From Nitrospirota bacterium (GTDB taxonomy: Bacteria; Nitrospirota; UBA9217): a stretch of DNA of 64,000 nt. Made by a program: the position numbers and the translations under genes. The stretch lies in contig CAVVUN010000015.1 in NCBI GenBank assembly GCA_963751455.1, positions 320,001 to 384,000 on the forward strand, in the 5' to 3' direction. Below, in pieces: positions 49,843 to 61,050 of the stretch. Numbering within the stretch: the stretch's first letter is position 1; the number at the start of each line of letters is the position of its first letter. Below the pieces are notes generated by a model. The model did no database searches. It had not been told where the DNA came from and worked only from the letters and a program-made list of their open reading frames with translations.

Positions 49843-52359
49843 ATGAAAAAAACAGGGTTTATTCTTTTGGCAGCAATAATCGCATTAACTCTTTCAATTC
49901 TCGGATGTGATAAAAAGACAACAAATTACTACGGGGGCGGCGCCGCAACAGGCGGAGATATGCCGATGGGAACCATTCAGGGCTATCTCATCGATTCCGT
50001 AACCCAGGACCCGATTGCCGGCGCTGTGATCGACATCGGTGTAGCCAAGACGACGACAGCCGCAGATGGTCAATACGTTATTGAAAACGTGCCCACCAAT
50101 CTCGAATCCATTATAACCACGCCGGTAGCGGCGGCCGGCACAGCAGGAAACCAGACCGTCACAACAACGTATACGGGATCATATTATATGACGATCGATC
50201 TCAGGAACGTGACGAGCCCGGTTGCTATGACGAGCACGGCGACCCCAAGATATCCGGATTTTTCATATGATACGGTAACCGCACAATACCAGATTATCAG
50301 CAATATCGATACGTCGGGGTCAGGTTCAATCGGATCGACGCCCCTTACCGTAACGCAGAAGGTCACCAATAAGATGCTGAGCGTAGGCAAGCTGGCCGCG
50401 AACATCGCAGGTGTGGTTGCCTATGGCTCATCTACACCCGGAGGTCTTGCCTTGCAGCCCGTGGGTTCAGGCTGGACCGTCAAGCTCGTATCTAACGGAT
50501 CGAGCGATTCGGAAGGATCGACCGGGGGGACTGGCGCGGCGAGCAATGTCGTTCAAACCGCCACAACCGGAGCCAATGGAGATTTTACATTTTCCAACAT
50601 TGAATCTCTCCAAAACTTCACGATTCAGGCATGGAATGCAAGCGGGACATATTCGAACGGGACGGGCGTAACCGTTTCTGCTCCGGCAGACGGTGAGACA
50701 AAGCAGCTTGCCGTTCAGACCAACGACGCGATCTTTGTGGTAGCGACCGATTCTCTGTCACCGGCCATCATTGCCGTCTCACCCGAAAACAATGCCGACA
50801 TTACTTCCACGGGCGGCGCTAACGTGGTATTTACGTTCAGTGAGCCGATCCTGCAGGATGCATATGCAACGGTATTAAGCAACAACGCTGCCTTCGGTAC
50901 GGCAAACGGCCTTTACAATGATGTGGCCGTCAACTTCAACGGCGTGAAGGCCGGCAATATCGCTCATACCCTGTCGTGGGATTCAACCAGGACCATTTTG
51001 ACTGTTGCCATCCCGACACTTGCCCCTTCCTCTAAATACACGGTGGATATTCACCTTGCAGCGCTCATGGATGACGCCGGAAAATGCGTGGATACGGACG
51101 CGGACAATACGTGCGACATTGCGCAGGCCGCTGATTCCGGAGCAAGAAATAATATCGTGAACTTCACGACCAATGGCGGAGCAACCGCGGCAGCTCCCAG
51201 TGTAGTTCTTACAGACAGCGCCAGCCTCGACCAGGCAGATACAACCAACTTCACCAATATACCGTGCCTCGACTGGCTGCCTGTTTCAGGAGCGAAGTTC
51301 TATAATGTGTACCGGACCAGGAACGAGGTTTGGGGTGCCACGGTCAATACGGGTGCGGCCCAGCTCATGACCGCCTCGGCAATCTCTGCTTCAGGCTGGT
51401 GTGATGCGGCGGTAACGTTCGTCGAGCATGACCAGGTGAAGCTCACTTATGATTACACGGTAAAATCAGTCAATTCAGAGGGTACCGAATCAGATGGCAG
51501 CACTGCAGTGAACGCCAAAGACGTCATAGGCGCGAACCTGGCAAATACCGGGTCTTTCGTCGGACAAATTAATGACAGCGACGATCAGATCACCATCTAT
51601 TTCAACGAGCAGCTGGATGAGGCAACCGCCGAGACGGCAGCTAATTATTCGCTGACGGGAATTTCGGGTACGGTTCCCACAATCGCTTCTGCGGTATATA
51701 ATGGCTGGGACGCAGTCAACAGTAGGTCGTCTGTTACGCTGACCCTTTCAGCGGACCTGAATCCGTCCAACATTACGAGGAGCTATATTTCTACTGGTGT
51801 TGATGGAATCCTCTCTACAACGGTCATTGCTAATGATGGCGCTTTGTTCCCAGCCGATAGCGGCGGGCTTTGCATTTCCCCTGTCGGCACAGGCGACACC
51901 TCGGGTACGGCGCTTACGACGGCCGTGGGAGGTGACGACGTAATATTCAAGCCTGCTGACGCCCCGACAGCCATGGCCAATTCGATCTATGCCGGGCCGG
52001 ATGGAGTATGCAATAGTACAGCAGCAGCAGCAGATACGCAAGTGGTTGCGGCGACCGCAAAACCAGCTGCGAATGCGCTAGGCATTACCGCGGCTACCTA
52101 CACAAATGGTGCCATAGACAATGCGGCTGCTGATTTCACACTCCAGACGGTGACTCTCAACGGCGTTGCTCTAACCGGCATTACGGGCACGCCCGACGAC
52201 GTTGTCGTTCGTACCGTTTTGGTAACGGTCAGCACGAACGTTCACGATGTCGCTGGCAACGCACTGAACACAGGCCGCGCAGCCGGTATAATCACGAACG
52301 GCGCTTCCACGACGGGCGCATTCACCAAGCTCAATACCGACGGAACCACGTTGCCGTAG
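49843..52359 (+). CDS. Large surface lipoprotein with carboxypeptidase-regulatory and Ig-like (Big_5/SbsA) domains
   Basis: Lipobox ILG-C; VFTFSEP and IYFNEQLD; Thr/Ala-rich; terminator at about 52389-52424. Confidence 0.75.
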   Translation: MKKTGFILLAAIIALTLSILGCDKKTTNYYGGGAATGGDMPMGTIQGYLIDSVTQDPIAGAVIDIGVAKTTTAADGQYVIENVPTNLESIITTPVAAAGTAGNQTVTTTYTGSYYMTIDLRNVTSPVAMTSTATPRYPDFSYDTVTAQYQIISNIDTSGSGSIGSTPLTVTQKVTNKMLSVGKLAANIAGVVAYGSSTPGGLALQPVGSGWTVKLVSNGSSDSEGSTGGTGAASNVVQTATTGANGDFTFSNIESLQNFTIQAWNASGTYSNGTGVTVSAPADGETKQLAVQTNDAIFVVATDSLSPAIIAVSPENNADITSTGGANVVFTFSEPILQDAYATVLSNNAAFGTANGLYNDVAVNFNGVKAGNIAHTLSWDSTRTILTVAIPTLAPSSKYTVDIHLAALMDDAGKCVDTDADNTCDIAQAADSGARNNIVNFTTNGGATAAAPSVVLTDSASLDQADTTNFTNIPCLDWLPVSGAKFYNVYRTRNEVWGATVNTGAAQLMTASAISASGWCDAAVTFVEHDQVKLTYDYTVKSVNSEGTESDGSTAVNAKDVIGANLANTGSFVGQINDSDDQITIYFNEQLDEATAETAANYSLTGISGTVPTIASAVYNGWDAVNSRSSVTLTLSADLNPSNITRSYISTGVDGILSTTVIANDGALFPADSGGLCISPVGTGDTSGTALTTAVGGDDVIFKPADAPTAMANSIYAGPDGVCNSTAAAADTQVVAATAKPAANALGITAATYTNGAIDNAAADFTLQTVTLNGVALTGITGTPDDVVVRTVLVTVSTNVHDVAGNALNTGRAAGIITNGASTTGAFTKLNTDGTTLP

Positions 52360-52458
52360 GATAACATTCAAATAGTTTCCGCAAGATACAGGCAGGGGGC
52401 CCCTTCCCCTGCCTGTTTTTTTTTGATACAATGGCTTAGCTCGGAGGCGGTCATAGGG

Positions 52459-53718
52459 ATGTTGTTTATGCGTTTTTATACATTTATTTTTATTGTTGCC
52501 TGCTTCATTGTCTCCTGCAGAAGTCAGAGCGAGAACGATCCGGGGACATGGACTTTTTTAGTCTACATGGACGCGGACAACGACTTGGCCGTCCAAGCCC
52601 TCGCGGATATCGAGGAAATGAGAACTACGGGCAGTTCGGATTACGTCAACATCATTGTACAACTGGACCTGCCGAACGAAACCACAAAACGATACAGGAT
52701 AACGAACGGATCCCTTCGCCTGGCTGCTGACCTCGGCGAACTGGACATGTCTTCGCCGCAGACGCTCACCGACTTCCTCTCCTGGTCAAAAGAGGCCTGG
52801 CCTGCGGACAGGACGGTGCTCGTGCTCTGGGACCACGGCAACGGCTGGGACCAGGGAGACGGTCCCCCGGGCCCTCCCGGAAAGCCGGTTGTGAGAAGGT
52901 CAATGTTCCTCGACGGGAACAATGGCAGCACAACAAGCCCCGTTTTTCTTTCCAACCAGGAAATCAGGAAGGCGATCCAGGCCTCAGGGATCAAGCTGGA
53001 TATTCTCGGCATGGATGCCTGCACTATGGGAACCCTCGAAGTCCTGTACGAGTTCCGGGACCTGGCGCCGATCATCGTCAGCTCCGAGGAAGATACCCGG
53101 GACGAAGGATGGGATTACGCATCCGTTCTTTCGAAATTGATGTTGAATCCTTCGATTTATCCCGAGGAATATGCAAAGCAGATAGTGGAGTCCTATAAAA
53201 CATTTTATGAAAACGTTTTTTATCCCGCCAATCCCAATTACGAACACTATCTCGGAATTTCCGCGATACGGACAGCGTACCTCGGAGCGATCGCTCTTGA
53301 AGCCGACAAAATGGCCGGCCGGCTTATCGGCCTGCTGGACGATTCTGTTTTAAGAACCGATGCCGTTAACGCCATAGGGAGTGCGCGGGCTGCGGTTCAA
53401 GAGATCGACCTTTACAGTACTATGTTTGTGTATGTGGACCTGGTCGATCTTGAAGCCCATCTTAGCCAGGGAACCGAGCTCGCAGGGCTCGTATCCGAAG
53501 CAACCATCGCTGAATATCATGGTCCGGCCAGGCCGGATGCGCACGGTATTTCGATTGTATTCTTCGACCTGCCCGATGCCAAAACCCATTCAGTGTATGA
53601 TTCCAATTACAAAAACTACGACGGCGCGACGAATACCGGCAACAATGGAGAGTTTATAAACGGATTCCGCTGGGACGAGTTTCTGGGCCGGTACTACTCA
53701 TACGCAAGCTTGATTTAA
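52459..53718 (+). CDS. Clostripain (peptidase C11) family lipoprotein
   Basis: WTFLVYMDADNDL; WDHGNGW (His); DACTMG (Cys); lipobox IVS-C. Confidence 0.88.
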   Translation: MLFMRFYTFIFIVACFIVSCRSQSENDPGTWTFLVYMDADNDLAVQALADIEEMRTTGSSDYVNIIVQLDLPNETTKRYRITNGSLRLAADLGELDMSSPQTLTDFLSWSKEAWPADRTVLVLWDHGNGWDQGDGPPGPPGKPVVRRSMFLDGNNGSTTSPVFLSNQEIRKAIQASGIKLDILGMDACTMGTLEVLYEFRDLAPIIVSSEEDTRDEGWDYASVLSKLMLNPSIYPEEYAKQIVESYKTFYENVFYPANPNYEHYLGISAIRTAYLGAIALEADKMAGRLIGLLDDSVLRTDAVNAIGSARAAVQEIDLYSTMFVYVDLVDLEAHLSQGTELAGLVSEATIAEYHGPARPDAHGISIVFFDLPDAKTHSVYDSNYKNYDGATNTGNNGEFINGFRWDEFLGRYYSYASLI

Positions 53719-53778
53719 TCCGTCATATACGCTTCTCTTTTCTCTGGATGTTTCCGGCGGCGCATGATACTATTTCCC

Positions 53779-54408
53779 ATGGCCGATCAAAATAAATCCC
53801 GTTATCCCTGGATCTTCATCCCCACGCTCTACTTCGCCGAAGGCCTTCCGTACGTGCTGATCAATACCGTATCCGTTATCCTGTACAAGAGGATGGGGAT
53901 AGACAACGCGCATATTGCGTTCTGGACGAGTTGGCTCTACCTTCCCTGGGTGATCAAAATGTTCTGGGGGCCGCTGGTCGATGTTACCTTGACCAAGCGG
54001 CGCTGGATTCTCTCGACGCAGGCCGCCATGAGCTTCAGCATGTTCGTAGTCGCGTTCTCGCTTCGGACCGAGCACTTTTTTTTCCTCTCGCTCGCGGCAT
54101 TCTGCGCGGGCGCGTTTATTTCCGCTACCTACGACATTGCGACCGACGGGTTCTACATGCTCGCGCTTACCGAGAAAGAACAGGCGCTGTTTGTCGGAAT
54201 CCGGTCTGCATTCTACCGGCTGGCAATGATATTCGGCTCCGGTTTTCTGGTGTATGTTGCCGGGATGCTTGAAACCTCGACCGCCAATGTTGCCGGAAGC
54301 TGGTCCACGATCATGACCGTATCGGGACTGATCTTTGCCTCGGTGTTCGTGTATCACCGGTTCATACTGCCGTTTCCTTCATCCGACACAGACCGGACAG
54401 CGCAATAA
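53779..54408 (+). pseudogene. ampG: N-terminal half of AmpG-like MFS permease
   Basis: LYFAEGLPY, PWVIKMFWGP, SATYDIATDGFY; ends after about six TM with no second half downstream. Confidence 0.7.
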
Positions 54409-54622
54409 TTCTGCTTGACAGAAGACCCTATTTAAATAAAGATAGCGCTAGTCGTGGATTCTATTTGGCCTCTTTGCCGCTTCATATTCCTGAAGGAAGA
54501 AAACGCCGTTAGAAAACAAGTTTTTGACGATGACAGATATGGGATTATACCCGCAACCTATGAAGGGCAATAAATCTCGCTGACATGATCGCGACTTTTT
54601 CTGACGGTAAATAAGGAATGAC

Positions 54623-57600
54623 ATGGTTACAAGAGAGCGATCTTCTTCGATTGCAAAGATAACTCGTCCTGATGTTTCCGGCATCGTTTATCGTAAGAGG
54701 CTATTCACAAAACTGGATCAGAGCCGAAAAAAAACCGTCACCTGGATTTCAGCCCCAGGCGGCTCAGGCAAGACGACGTTGCTCTCGAGCTATGTCGACG
54801 CCCGGAAGTTGTCTTATCTCTGGTATCAGCTGGACGCCAGGGATGAGGACCCCGCGACCTTCTTCTATTACCTGCGCGGGGCCGCGCGAAAGGCCGCACC
54901 CCGCTTCAGAAAACCTCTGCCCCTGCTTACGCCTGAATACCTCCCAACCCTTCATCTTTTCACAAAGAATCACTTCCAAGAACTATACCGAAGATTAAAG
55001 CGGCCTTTTCTCATCATTTTCGACAATTACCAGGAAATCTCCGTCGATTCGAAATTGCACGGAATCATAATCGATATGATGTTGTCGGTTCCCGAGGGAA
55101 TAAGGATCGTGGTGCTGAGCCGCGGAGATCCTCTGCCGGCTTTCTCCCGGTTGCGTGCGAACGGGCATATCGAATGTGTGGGGTGGGAAGAGATAAAGTG
55201 CACTCTGAAAGAGGCCGGGGAAATCATAAAAAAGAGCGGTTGCTCAAAAATACTTGACGGCGTCGTGGAACAATTTCATTTAAAGACCGAAGGATGGATC
55301 GCGGGACTGGTCTTGTTGATTGAAACACTAAAGAGAAATGAAGGCAAGCAAGAAATTATTTCAGCGGATCAAGCACATATCTTCGATTATTTCGCATCCG
55401 AGATTTTTCAAAAAGCAGATGCACAAACTCGGGACTTTCTTTTGAAGACCGCTTTTCTGCCACAGATTGAGCCTTCGCTGGCCGCCGGCATGACAGGCTC
55501 AAGCGACGCCGAGCAAATCCTTTCAACACTCGCGCGTAACCATTATTTCACCACCAAACATGCTTCTTACGATTCAGTGTATCAGTACCATCCGCTTTTC
55601 CGGGAATTTCTTATTTCAAAGGCGCTATCGGGTTTCGGCAAACAGAAAATGAAAAACCTGAAGCGGAGTGCGGCTGAGCTTTTGAGCAAGAACGGAAAAG
55701 CCGAAGATGCGATAGACCTGTACCTGGAAGCGGGAGACTGGGAGGATGTGTCTAAGCTCATTTGCTCCACAGCGGCTAAATTGTTGGCACAGGGGCGAAG
55801 CGAAATCGTGCGGGGGTGGCTGGACAATATGCCACCCGATCTTGTGGAACAGAACGCGCAGTTGCTTTACTGGCGCGGAGCTTCCATAATGGCGTTGAAT
55901 CCCATGGCCGGTAGTGCTGACTACGAAAAAGCATTCCATTTTTTTAAGCGAACGAACGACCTGGCTAAAATCTTCCTCTGCTGGTCGGCCGTATGCGATA
56001 TATCCGTTCAAACGCTTGAGTTCGGGCAGATTGCCGACTGGATGCGGGAACTTCACGACCTGCTTCAAAAAGATAATGCTTATCCGTCAAAAGAGATTGA
56101 AGCTCAGGTTATCATGAGCAAGTTCAACGCGCTTTCAATGGGGTTACCCCATCATCCGGACATAGACGTAATTCGGGAAAAAGCTTTTTCTTTAATTTGT
56201 GGACAAAATATTTTTGATAAAAATTTATATCTTCTGACATCCAATTGCCTGATTGTCCACTATCTTTGGCATGGTGATCATTATAGAGCCGGGTTCGTCA
56301 TGGACCTGTTCAGGAAATTAATCCAGCGCGAAAAGGAAAACGATTTGCTGATGATGACCTTGAACGCTACTGAGGCGCTCTATTTTCTATTCACGGCTTC
56401 ATTCGCTGACTGTGTGGAAAAGGTTTCGGAGGCGCTCAGGATTGCAGAAAAAACAGGTATTCACCTATGGGATAACCACATACTCTGCCATGCTCTTTCC
56501 GCTGCCTTGAACATGAATGATGAAAATACATTCACAAGGCTGTTACCGCTCATTAAAAATATAGAGCAGTGCAGAAGAATAGATCAAACTTATTATTATG
56601 TCCTGCTGTCCTGGCAGGCTATCCTTGCAAAAAAAATTGAAGCTGCTTGTTACTATCAAGATTTGAGCTGTAAAGCGGCAGATGGGACGGGATTTCATGC
56701 AGTCGAGGCCGACTGCATGATTATTTATTCGGAGCTACTTGCGGAAAAAGGCGAAGCCGAAAAGGCTGAACAATTTCTAAACAAAGGACTGGAACAGGCG
56801 CAGAAGATTAAAAGCGACTATCTGCTCTATCATTATTTGCTGGTGCGATCTTCCATTGCTTTCCAGAAAGGTGACACGGCCAGCGGCCTTCACAATCTAT
56901 CAGAAGCGATGACCACCGGCAGGAGGAGGAATTTAAAAACCTTCTATTATTTTCGTCCCGATAAAATGGCTCTCTTGTGCGAAAAGGCTCTTGAGAACGG
57001 GATTGAAGTGGATTATGTGCAGGACTTGATCCGAAAGCGCGGCCTGGTCCCCGTTAAGCTTCCTGTTCACCTAGAATGCTGGCCCTGGCCGATCAAGATC
57101 TATTTGTTAGGCAGGTTTGAAATATATAATAATCCGAAACAAGTGTTGTTTTCCGGGAAAGTTCAGCAGAGGCCGCTAGCCATGCTGAAAGTTTTGATAG
57201 CGTTCGGAGGACAAAACGTTTCCGAGGACACCGTTATGGACGCGCTTTGGCCGAATGCTGACGGAGACCTGGCGAAGAAGTCCTTTGACACGACGCTGCA
57301 CCGGCTGCGGAAGCTCCTGGGGAATGAAAGGGCTGTCCTGCTCCACGAAAAACAGTTATCCGTGGATAAACGGCAATGCTGGGTGGATGTGTGGAGCTTC
57401 GAAGAAGCCGTGCAAAGTGAGAACGAAATCAAAAAGTTGGAATGGGCAGTCGCCCTGTACCGCGGGCACTTCCTTCCGATGGATATCCAACAGTTCTGGA
57501 CTATTTCCCTGCGAGGGAAGCTCAGGGCCAAATATCTGAGTGTTGTTTCGAGACTCGGGAGCGGCTATGTAGAACAGGGACAGTTCGAGAAGGCCATCCA

Positions 57601-57745
57601 GGTGTACGAGCAGGGCCTTGAGCGCGACGACACCCAAGAGGAGTTTTACCAGGAATTGATGGTCTGCTATCAGAAACTCGGCAAGTTGGCTGAGGCGAAG
57701 AGAGTATATAATCGGTGTAGGACGGTATTGTCTGCGACTGTGTAG
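54623..57745 (+). CDS. MalT-like ATPase/TPR regulator with C-terminal wHTH-BTAD; premature TAG
   Basis: APGGSGKTT; TEGW; YQYHPLF; FDTTLHRLRKLLG; homology continues past the TAG to 57805. Confidence 0.88.
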   Translation: MVTRERSSSIAKITRPDVSGIVYRKRLFTKLDQSRKKTVTWISAPGGSGKTTLLSSYVDARKLSYLWYQLDARDEDPATFFYYLRGAARKAAPRFRKPLPLLTPEYLPTLHLFTKNHFQELYRRLKRPFLIIFDNYQEISVDSKLHGIIIDMMLSVPEGIRIVVLSRGDPLPAFSRLRANGHIECVGWEEIKCTLKEAGEIIKKSGCSKILDGVVEQFHLKTEGWIAGLVLLIETLKRNEGKQEIISADQAHIFDYFASEIFQKADAQTRDFLLKTAFLPQIEPSLAAGMTGSSDAEQILSTLARNHYFTTKHASYDSVYQYHPLFREFLISKALSGFGKQKMKNLKRSAAELLSKNGKAEDAIDLYLEAGDWEDVSKLICSTAAKLLAQGRSEIVRGWLDNMPPDLVEQNAQLLYWRGASIMALNPMAGSADYEKAFHFFKRTNDLAKIFLCWSAVCDISVQTLEFGQIADWMRELHDLLQKDNAYPSKEIEAQVIMSKFNALSMGLPHHPDIDVIREKAFSLICGQNIFDKNLYLLTSNCLIVHYLWHGDHYRAGFVMDLFRKLIQREKENDLLMMTLNATEALYFLFTASFADCVEKVSEALRIAEKTGIHLWDNHILCHALSAALNMNDENTFTRLLPLIKNIEQCRRIDQTYYYVLLSWQAILAKKIEAACYYQDLSCKAADGTGFHAVEADCMIIYSELLAEKGEAEKAEQFLNKGLEQAQKIKSDYLLYHYLLVRSSIAFQKGDTASGLHNLSEAMTTGRRRNLKTFYYFRPDKMALLCEKALENGIEVDYVQDLIRKRGLVPVKLPVHLECWPWPIKIYLLGRFEIYNNPKQVLFSGKVQQRPLAMLKVLIAFGGQNVSEDTVMDALWPNADGDLAKKSFDTTLHRLRKLLGNERAVLLHEKQLSVDKRQCWVDVWSFEEAVQSENEIKKLEWAVALYRGHFLPMDIQQFWTISLRGKLRAKYLSVVSRLGSGYVEQGQFEKAIQVYEQGLERDDTQEEFYQELMVCYQKLGKLAEAKRVYNRCRTVLSATV

Positions 57746-57791
57746 CTAGCGCCATCCTCGATGACGGAGGAGATGTACTTGGATATTAAAA

Positions 57792-60700
57792 ATGCGAAAA
57801 AATAATAAAATATCAACAGACGCCGTCCCTCTATCCAAGATCATGCAGCCGAAACTCACACATGTTTTCCAAAGAGATCGATTATTTCGGACTGTCGACG
57901 AGGCCAGAAAAAAACCTATTACCTGGGTTTCCGCTCCGGGAGGATCAGGCAAGACCACGCTCGTTGCCAGCTATCTTCACTCACGAAGACTGCCTTGTCT
58001 GTGGTACCAGGCGGATCAGGAAGATGGCGATATAGCCACTTTCTTCTACTTCATGGCTCTCGCTGCGAAAAAGGCTGCTCCGCGACACCGCAAACCGCTT
58101 CCGCTTCTGACACCCGAATATCTCTATGGCGTCACAGCGTTTACATACCGCTATTTTGAAGACCTGTACAAAAGATTAAAAACTCCTTTTATTCTAGTCA
58201 TCGACAATTACCAGGATGTGCCGGTAGATTCAGCGCTCCATGAGCGGCTGTGTGAAGGGCTGTCACGAGTGCCTGAGGGGATTTCAATCGTAATAATCAG
58301 CCGTGTTGATCCGCCGCCGGCGTTTGCACGGCTTCGAGCGAACGGGCTCATTGCCCCCCTAACATGGCAAGAAGTCAGATTTAGTCTCGATGAAACAAGA
58401 GCGCTCGCCTGGAGCAAATACGCAAAATTTTCCGAGGCGGATGTTGATGTCCTTCACGCCAGGACCGAAGGATGGGCCGCAGGACTGGTGCTCTTAATGG
58501 AGCGGGGACTCGAAGCTGAAAGCAACCTCCGGCTTGATGAAAACCTGTCCCGGGAAGAAATCTTTGATTATTTCGCGCGGGAAGTCTTCCAAAAAACCGA
58601 TAAGGATAGCCAGCAGCTTCTGCTCTCAACCTCCGTTCTACGGAAGACGACCGGCAGGATGGCGGGCGAGTTGACCGGTCTTGGTCAGGCAGAGCGGATC
58701 CTCAGCGATCTTAATCGCAATAATTACTTTACGGAAAAACGTCCCGGTAAGGAACCGGTATACCAGTATCATCCCCTGTTCAGAGAATTCCTGCAATCTC
58801 ACGCTAAAGTACAAATGACGCCGGCGGCGCTGGCCGGCATACTGCAAACAGCCACACTGCTTTTGGAGAAAGCAGGAGAGGTGGAAGACGCAGCCGGTCT
58901 GTGTATCCAGGGGCAAGCATGGGAAAAGCTGGACGCGCTGATTCTGTCATATGCAAAGGTCTTGATAGCGCAGGGAAGAAGCTATGTGATCGAGGATTGG
59001 ATAAAGAAGCTTCCGCAGGAACTGGTCGAGCGGAACCCGTGGGTCCTGTTCTGGCTCGGCACCTGCCGGATGACCGCCAATTTTACGGAGGCCAGGACTT
59101 TATTCGAAAAAGCCTTCGACATGTTCCAGTCACAAGGTGACCCCGCAGGCAGCTACCTTTCCTGGGCGGGTGCGGTCGATTCAATCGTGTATGAATGGGC
59201 GGATTTTTCTCGACTCGACAAGTGGATCGACCTGATGCACCGCATTATGAAGGAATATCCCTTGTTCCCCTCCAATGAGATAGAGGGACGCGTTGCGGGC
59301 AGCATGATAGCGGCTCTTATGTACTATAAAGCTCAGCATCCAGAGATCAACGCGTGGGCCGAACGGATCCATAGGCACGTACGGAAAAGCTCCGACGGGA
59401 ACTACCGGATTATGATCGGTAATCAACTGGCGCTATATCATTTGTGGTGGACCGGCGATCACGCAAAACTGAGCGTTATCATGGATCTCCTGCGCCCTTC
59501 TCCGGAAAATCCAGCGATCACGCCGCTTGCCCGGATTATATGGCTTACGATTGAAGGGCTTGAGAGCTGGATCAAGGCTGATTTCGAGAAAGGGCTCCGG
59601 AATTATCACGAAGGCCGCAGGGTCGCGGACACAAGCGGAGTTCATATATGGGATTTCATGCTTTATATGCTGGGGATATGCTGTTACCTGGGATCGGGCA
59701 ATCATAAGGTGGGAAAACCATTAATCGAACAGTTCACATCACGCATGGACCGTTCCCAGCAGATGAACATGTGTCACTTTCTCTATACCTCTTCATGGCA
59801 GGCAATGCTGGCCGGAGATCCTGCCCGCGCGCTTGAGCAGACTCAAATATCATCGGAACTTGCCGACCGGCTGGGAGGATCATTTCTGGCTGCTTCAACG
59901 AAGGCGGTCAAGGCCCAAGCCCTGTATGCGTGCGGAAGGAAGGAAGAAGCCCTCCGCAGTATCGAGGAGTCGGATAAGCTTGCGCAATTGATACATGGGC
60001 CGCTCCTGATATACCGCAATTATCTGATCAAAGCGTATTTTGCGCTGGATCAGGGGAACGAAAGTCATTGCATTCAGATGCTGCGCCAAGGCCTTCCCAT
60101 TGCGAGGGAAAAGGGATACATCAATTTCTCCTGGTGGAGGCCATCGATAATGACTCCGCTGTTTATAAAGGCGCTGGAAGCAGGGATCGAAGTGGATTAC
60201 GTTCAACATATCATCCGTAAGCGCGGTCTCTTCCCGGAAAATCCGCCTTCACATCTGGAGGCCTGGCCCTGGCCGGTTAAGATATATGCGCTCGGCAAGT
60301 TTGAGCTACTCCATGACGAGAAGCTCGCTATGTTTTCCGGCAAGGTCCAGCAGAAGCCTTTGGCAATGCTGAAGGTAATGATAGCGCTTGGTGCGGAGAA
60401 CGTGCCTGACGACATGGTAATGGATGCGTTGTGGCCGGATGCGGAGGGGGATCTGGCTAAGAAATCCTTTGATACCACACTCCATAGATTAAGAAAGCTG
60501 CTCGGTAATGAAAAGGCAATACTGTTGCAGGAAAAACAGTTATCCCTGGACAGGCGGCAGTGCTGGGTGGATGTGTGGGCGTTCGAAGAAGCAGTGCGGA
60601 GTTCCGAGTGCGGAATGCGGAATGAGAACAACACCAAAAAGCTCGAACGGACGATCGACCTGTACCACGGCCATTTTCTGCCAATGGACGTTCAGCAGCC

Positions 60701-61007
60701 CTGGACCTTCTCAATAAGAGAGAAGCTGCGAACCAAATATCTGAGCGCTGTTTCCAGATTGGGGAACTACCACGTGGAGCAGGGACAGTTCGAAAAAGCA
60801 GTCGTAATTTATGAGAAAGGACTTGAGATAGAGGATACCGTGGAGGAGTTCTACCAAGGGCTGATGCTCGGCTATCAGAGACTGGGGAAGAACGCAGAGG
60901 CGGTCAGAGTATTCGACCGATGCAAGAGGGTCTTATTTGCAAAACTGCAGCTTGCGCCGTCGGAGAGAACCAAGCAGATTTACGCAAATATAAACCGTAA
61001 AAAATAA
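57792..61007 (+). CDS. Second MalT-like/BTAD regulator (tandem paralog)
   Basis: Same motifs; C-terminal region highly similar to the upstream copy. Confidence 0.9.
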   Translation: MRKNNKISTDAVPLSKIMQPKLTHVFQRDRLFRTVDEARKKPITWVSAPGGSGKTTLVASYLHSRRLPCLWYQADQEDGDIATFFYFMALAAKKAAPRHRKPLPLLTPEYLYGVTAFTYRYFEDLYKRLKTPFILVIDNYQDVPVDSALHERLCEGLSRVPEGISIVIISRVDPPPAFARLRANGLIAPLTWQEVRFSLDETRALAWSKYAKFSEADVDVLHARTEGWAAGLVLLMERGLEAESNLRLDENLSREEIFDYFAREVFQKTDKDSQQLLLSTSVLRKTTGRMAGELTGLGQAERILSDLNRNNYFTEKRPGKEPVYQYHPLFREFLQSHAKVQMTPAALAGILQTATLLLEKAGEVEDAAGLCIQGQAWEKLDALILSYAKVLIAQGRSYVIEDWIKKLPQELVERNPWVLFWLGTCRMTANFTEARTLFEKAFDMFQSQGDPAGSYLSWAGAVDSIVYEWADFSRLDKWIDLMHRIMKEYPLFPSNEIEGRVAGSMIAALMYYKAQHPEINAWAERIHRHVRKSSDGNYRIMIGNQLALYHLWWTGDHAKLSVIMDLLRPSPENPAITPLARIIWLTIEGLESWIKADFEKGLRNYHEGRRVADTSGVHIWDFMLYMLGICCYLGSGNHKVGKPLIEQFTSRMDRSQQMNMCHFLYTSSWQAMLAGDPARALEQTQISSELADRLGGSFLAASTKAVKAQALYACGRKEEALRSIEESDKLAQLIHGPLLIYRNYLIKAYFALDQGNESHCIQMLRQGLPIAREKGYINFSWWRPSIMTPLFIKALEAGIEVDYVQHIIRKRGLFPENPPSHLEAWPWPVKIYALGKFELLHDEKLAMFSGKVQQKPLAMLKVMIALGAENVPDDMVMDALWPDAEGDLAKKSFDTTLHRLRKLLGNEKAILLQEKQLSLDRRQCWVDVWAFEEAVRSSECGMRNENNTKKLERTIDLYHGHFLPMDVQQPWTFSIREKLRTKYLSAVSRLGNYHVEQGQFEKAVVIYEKGLEIEDTVEEFYQGLMLGYQRLGKNAEAVRVFDRCKRVLFAKLQLAPSERTKQIYANINRKK

Positions 61008-61050
61008 ATTCTAGGAACCAAGAAAAAGATTTCTGTATGTTAAACTGGAA

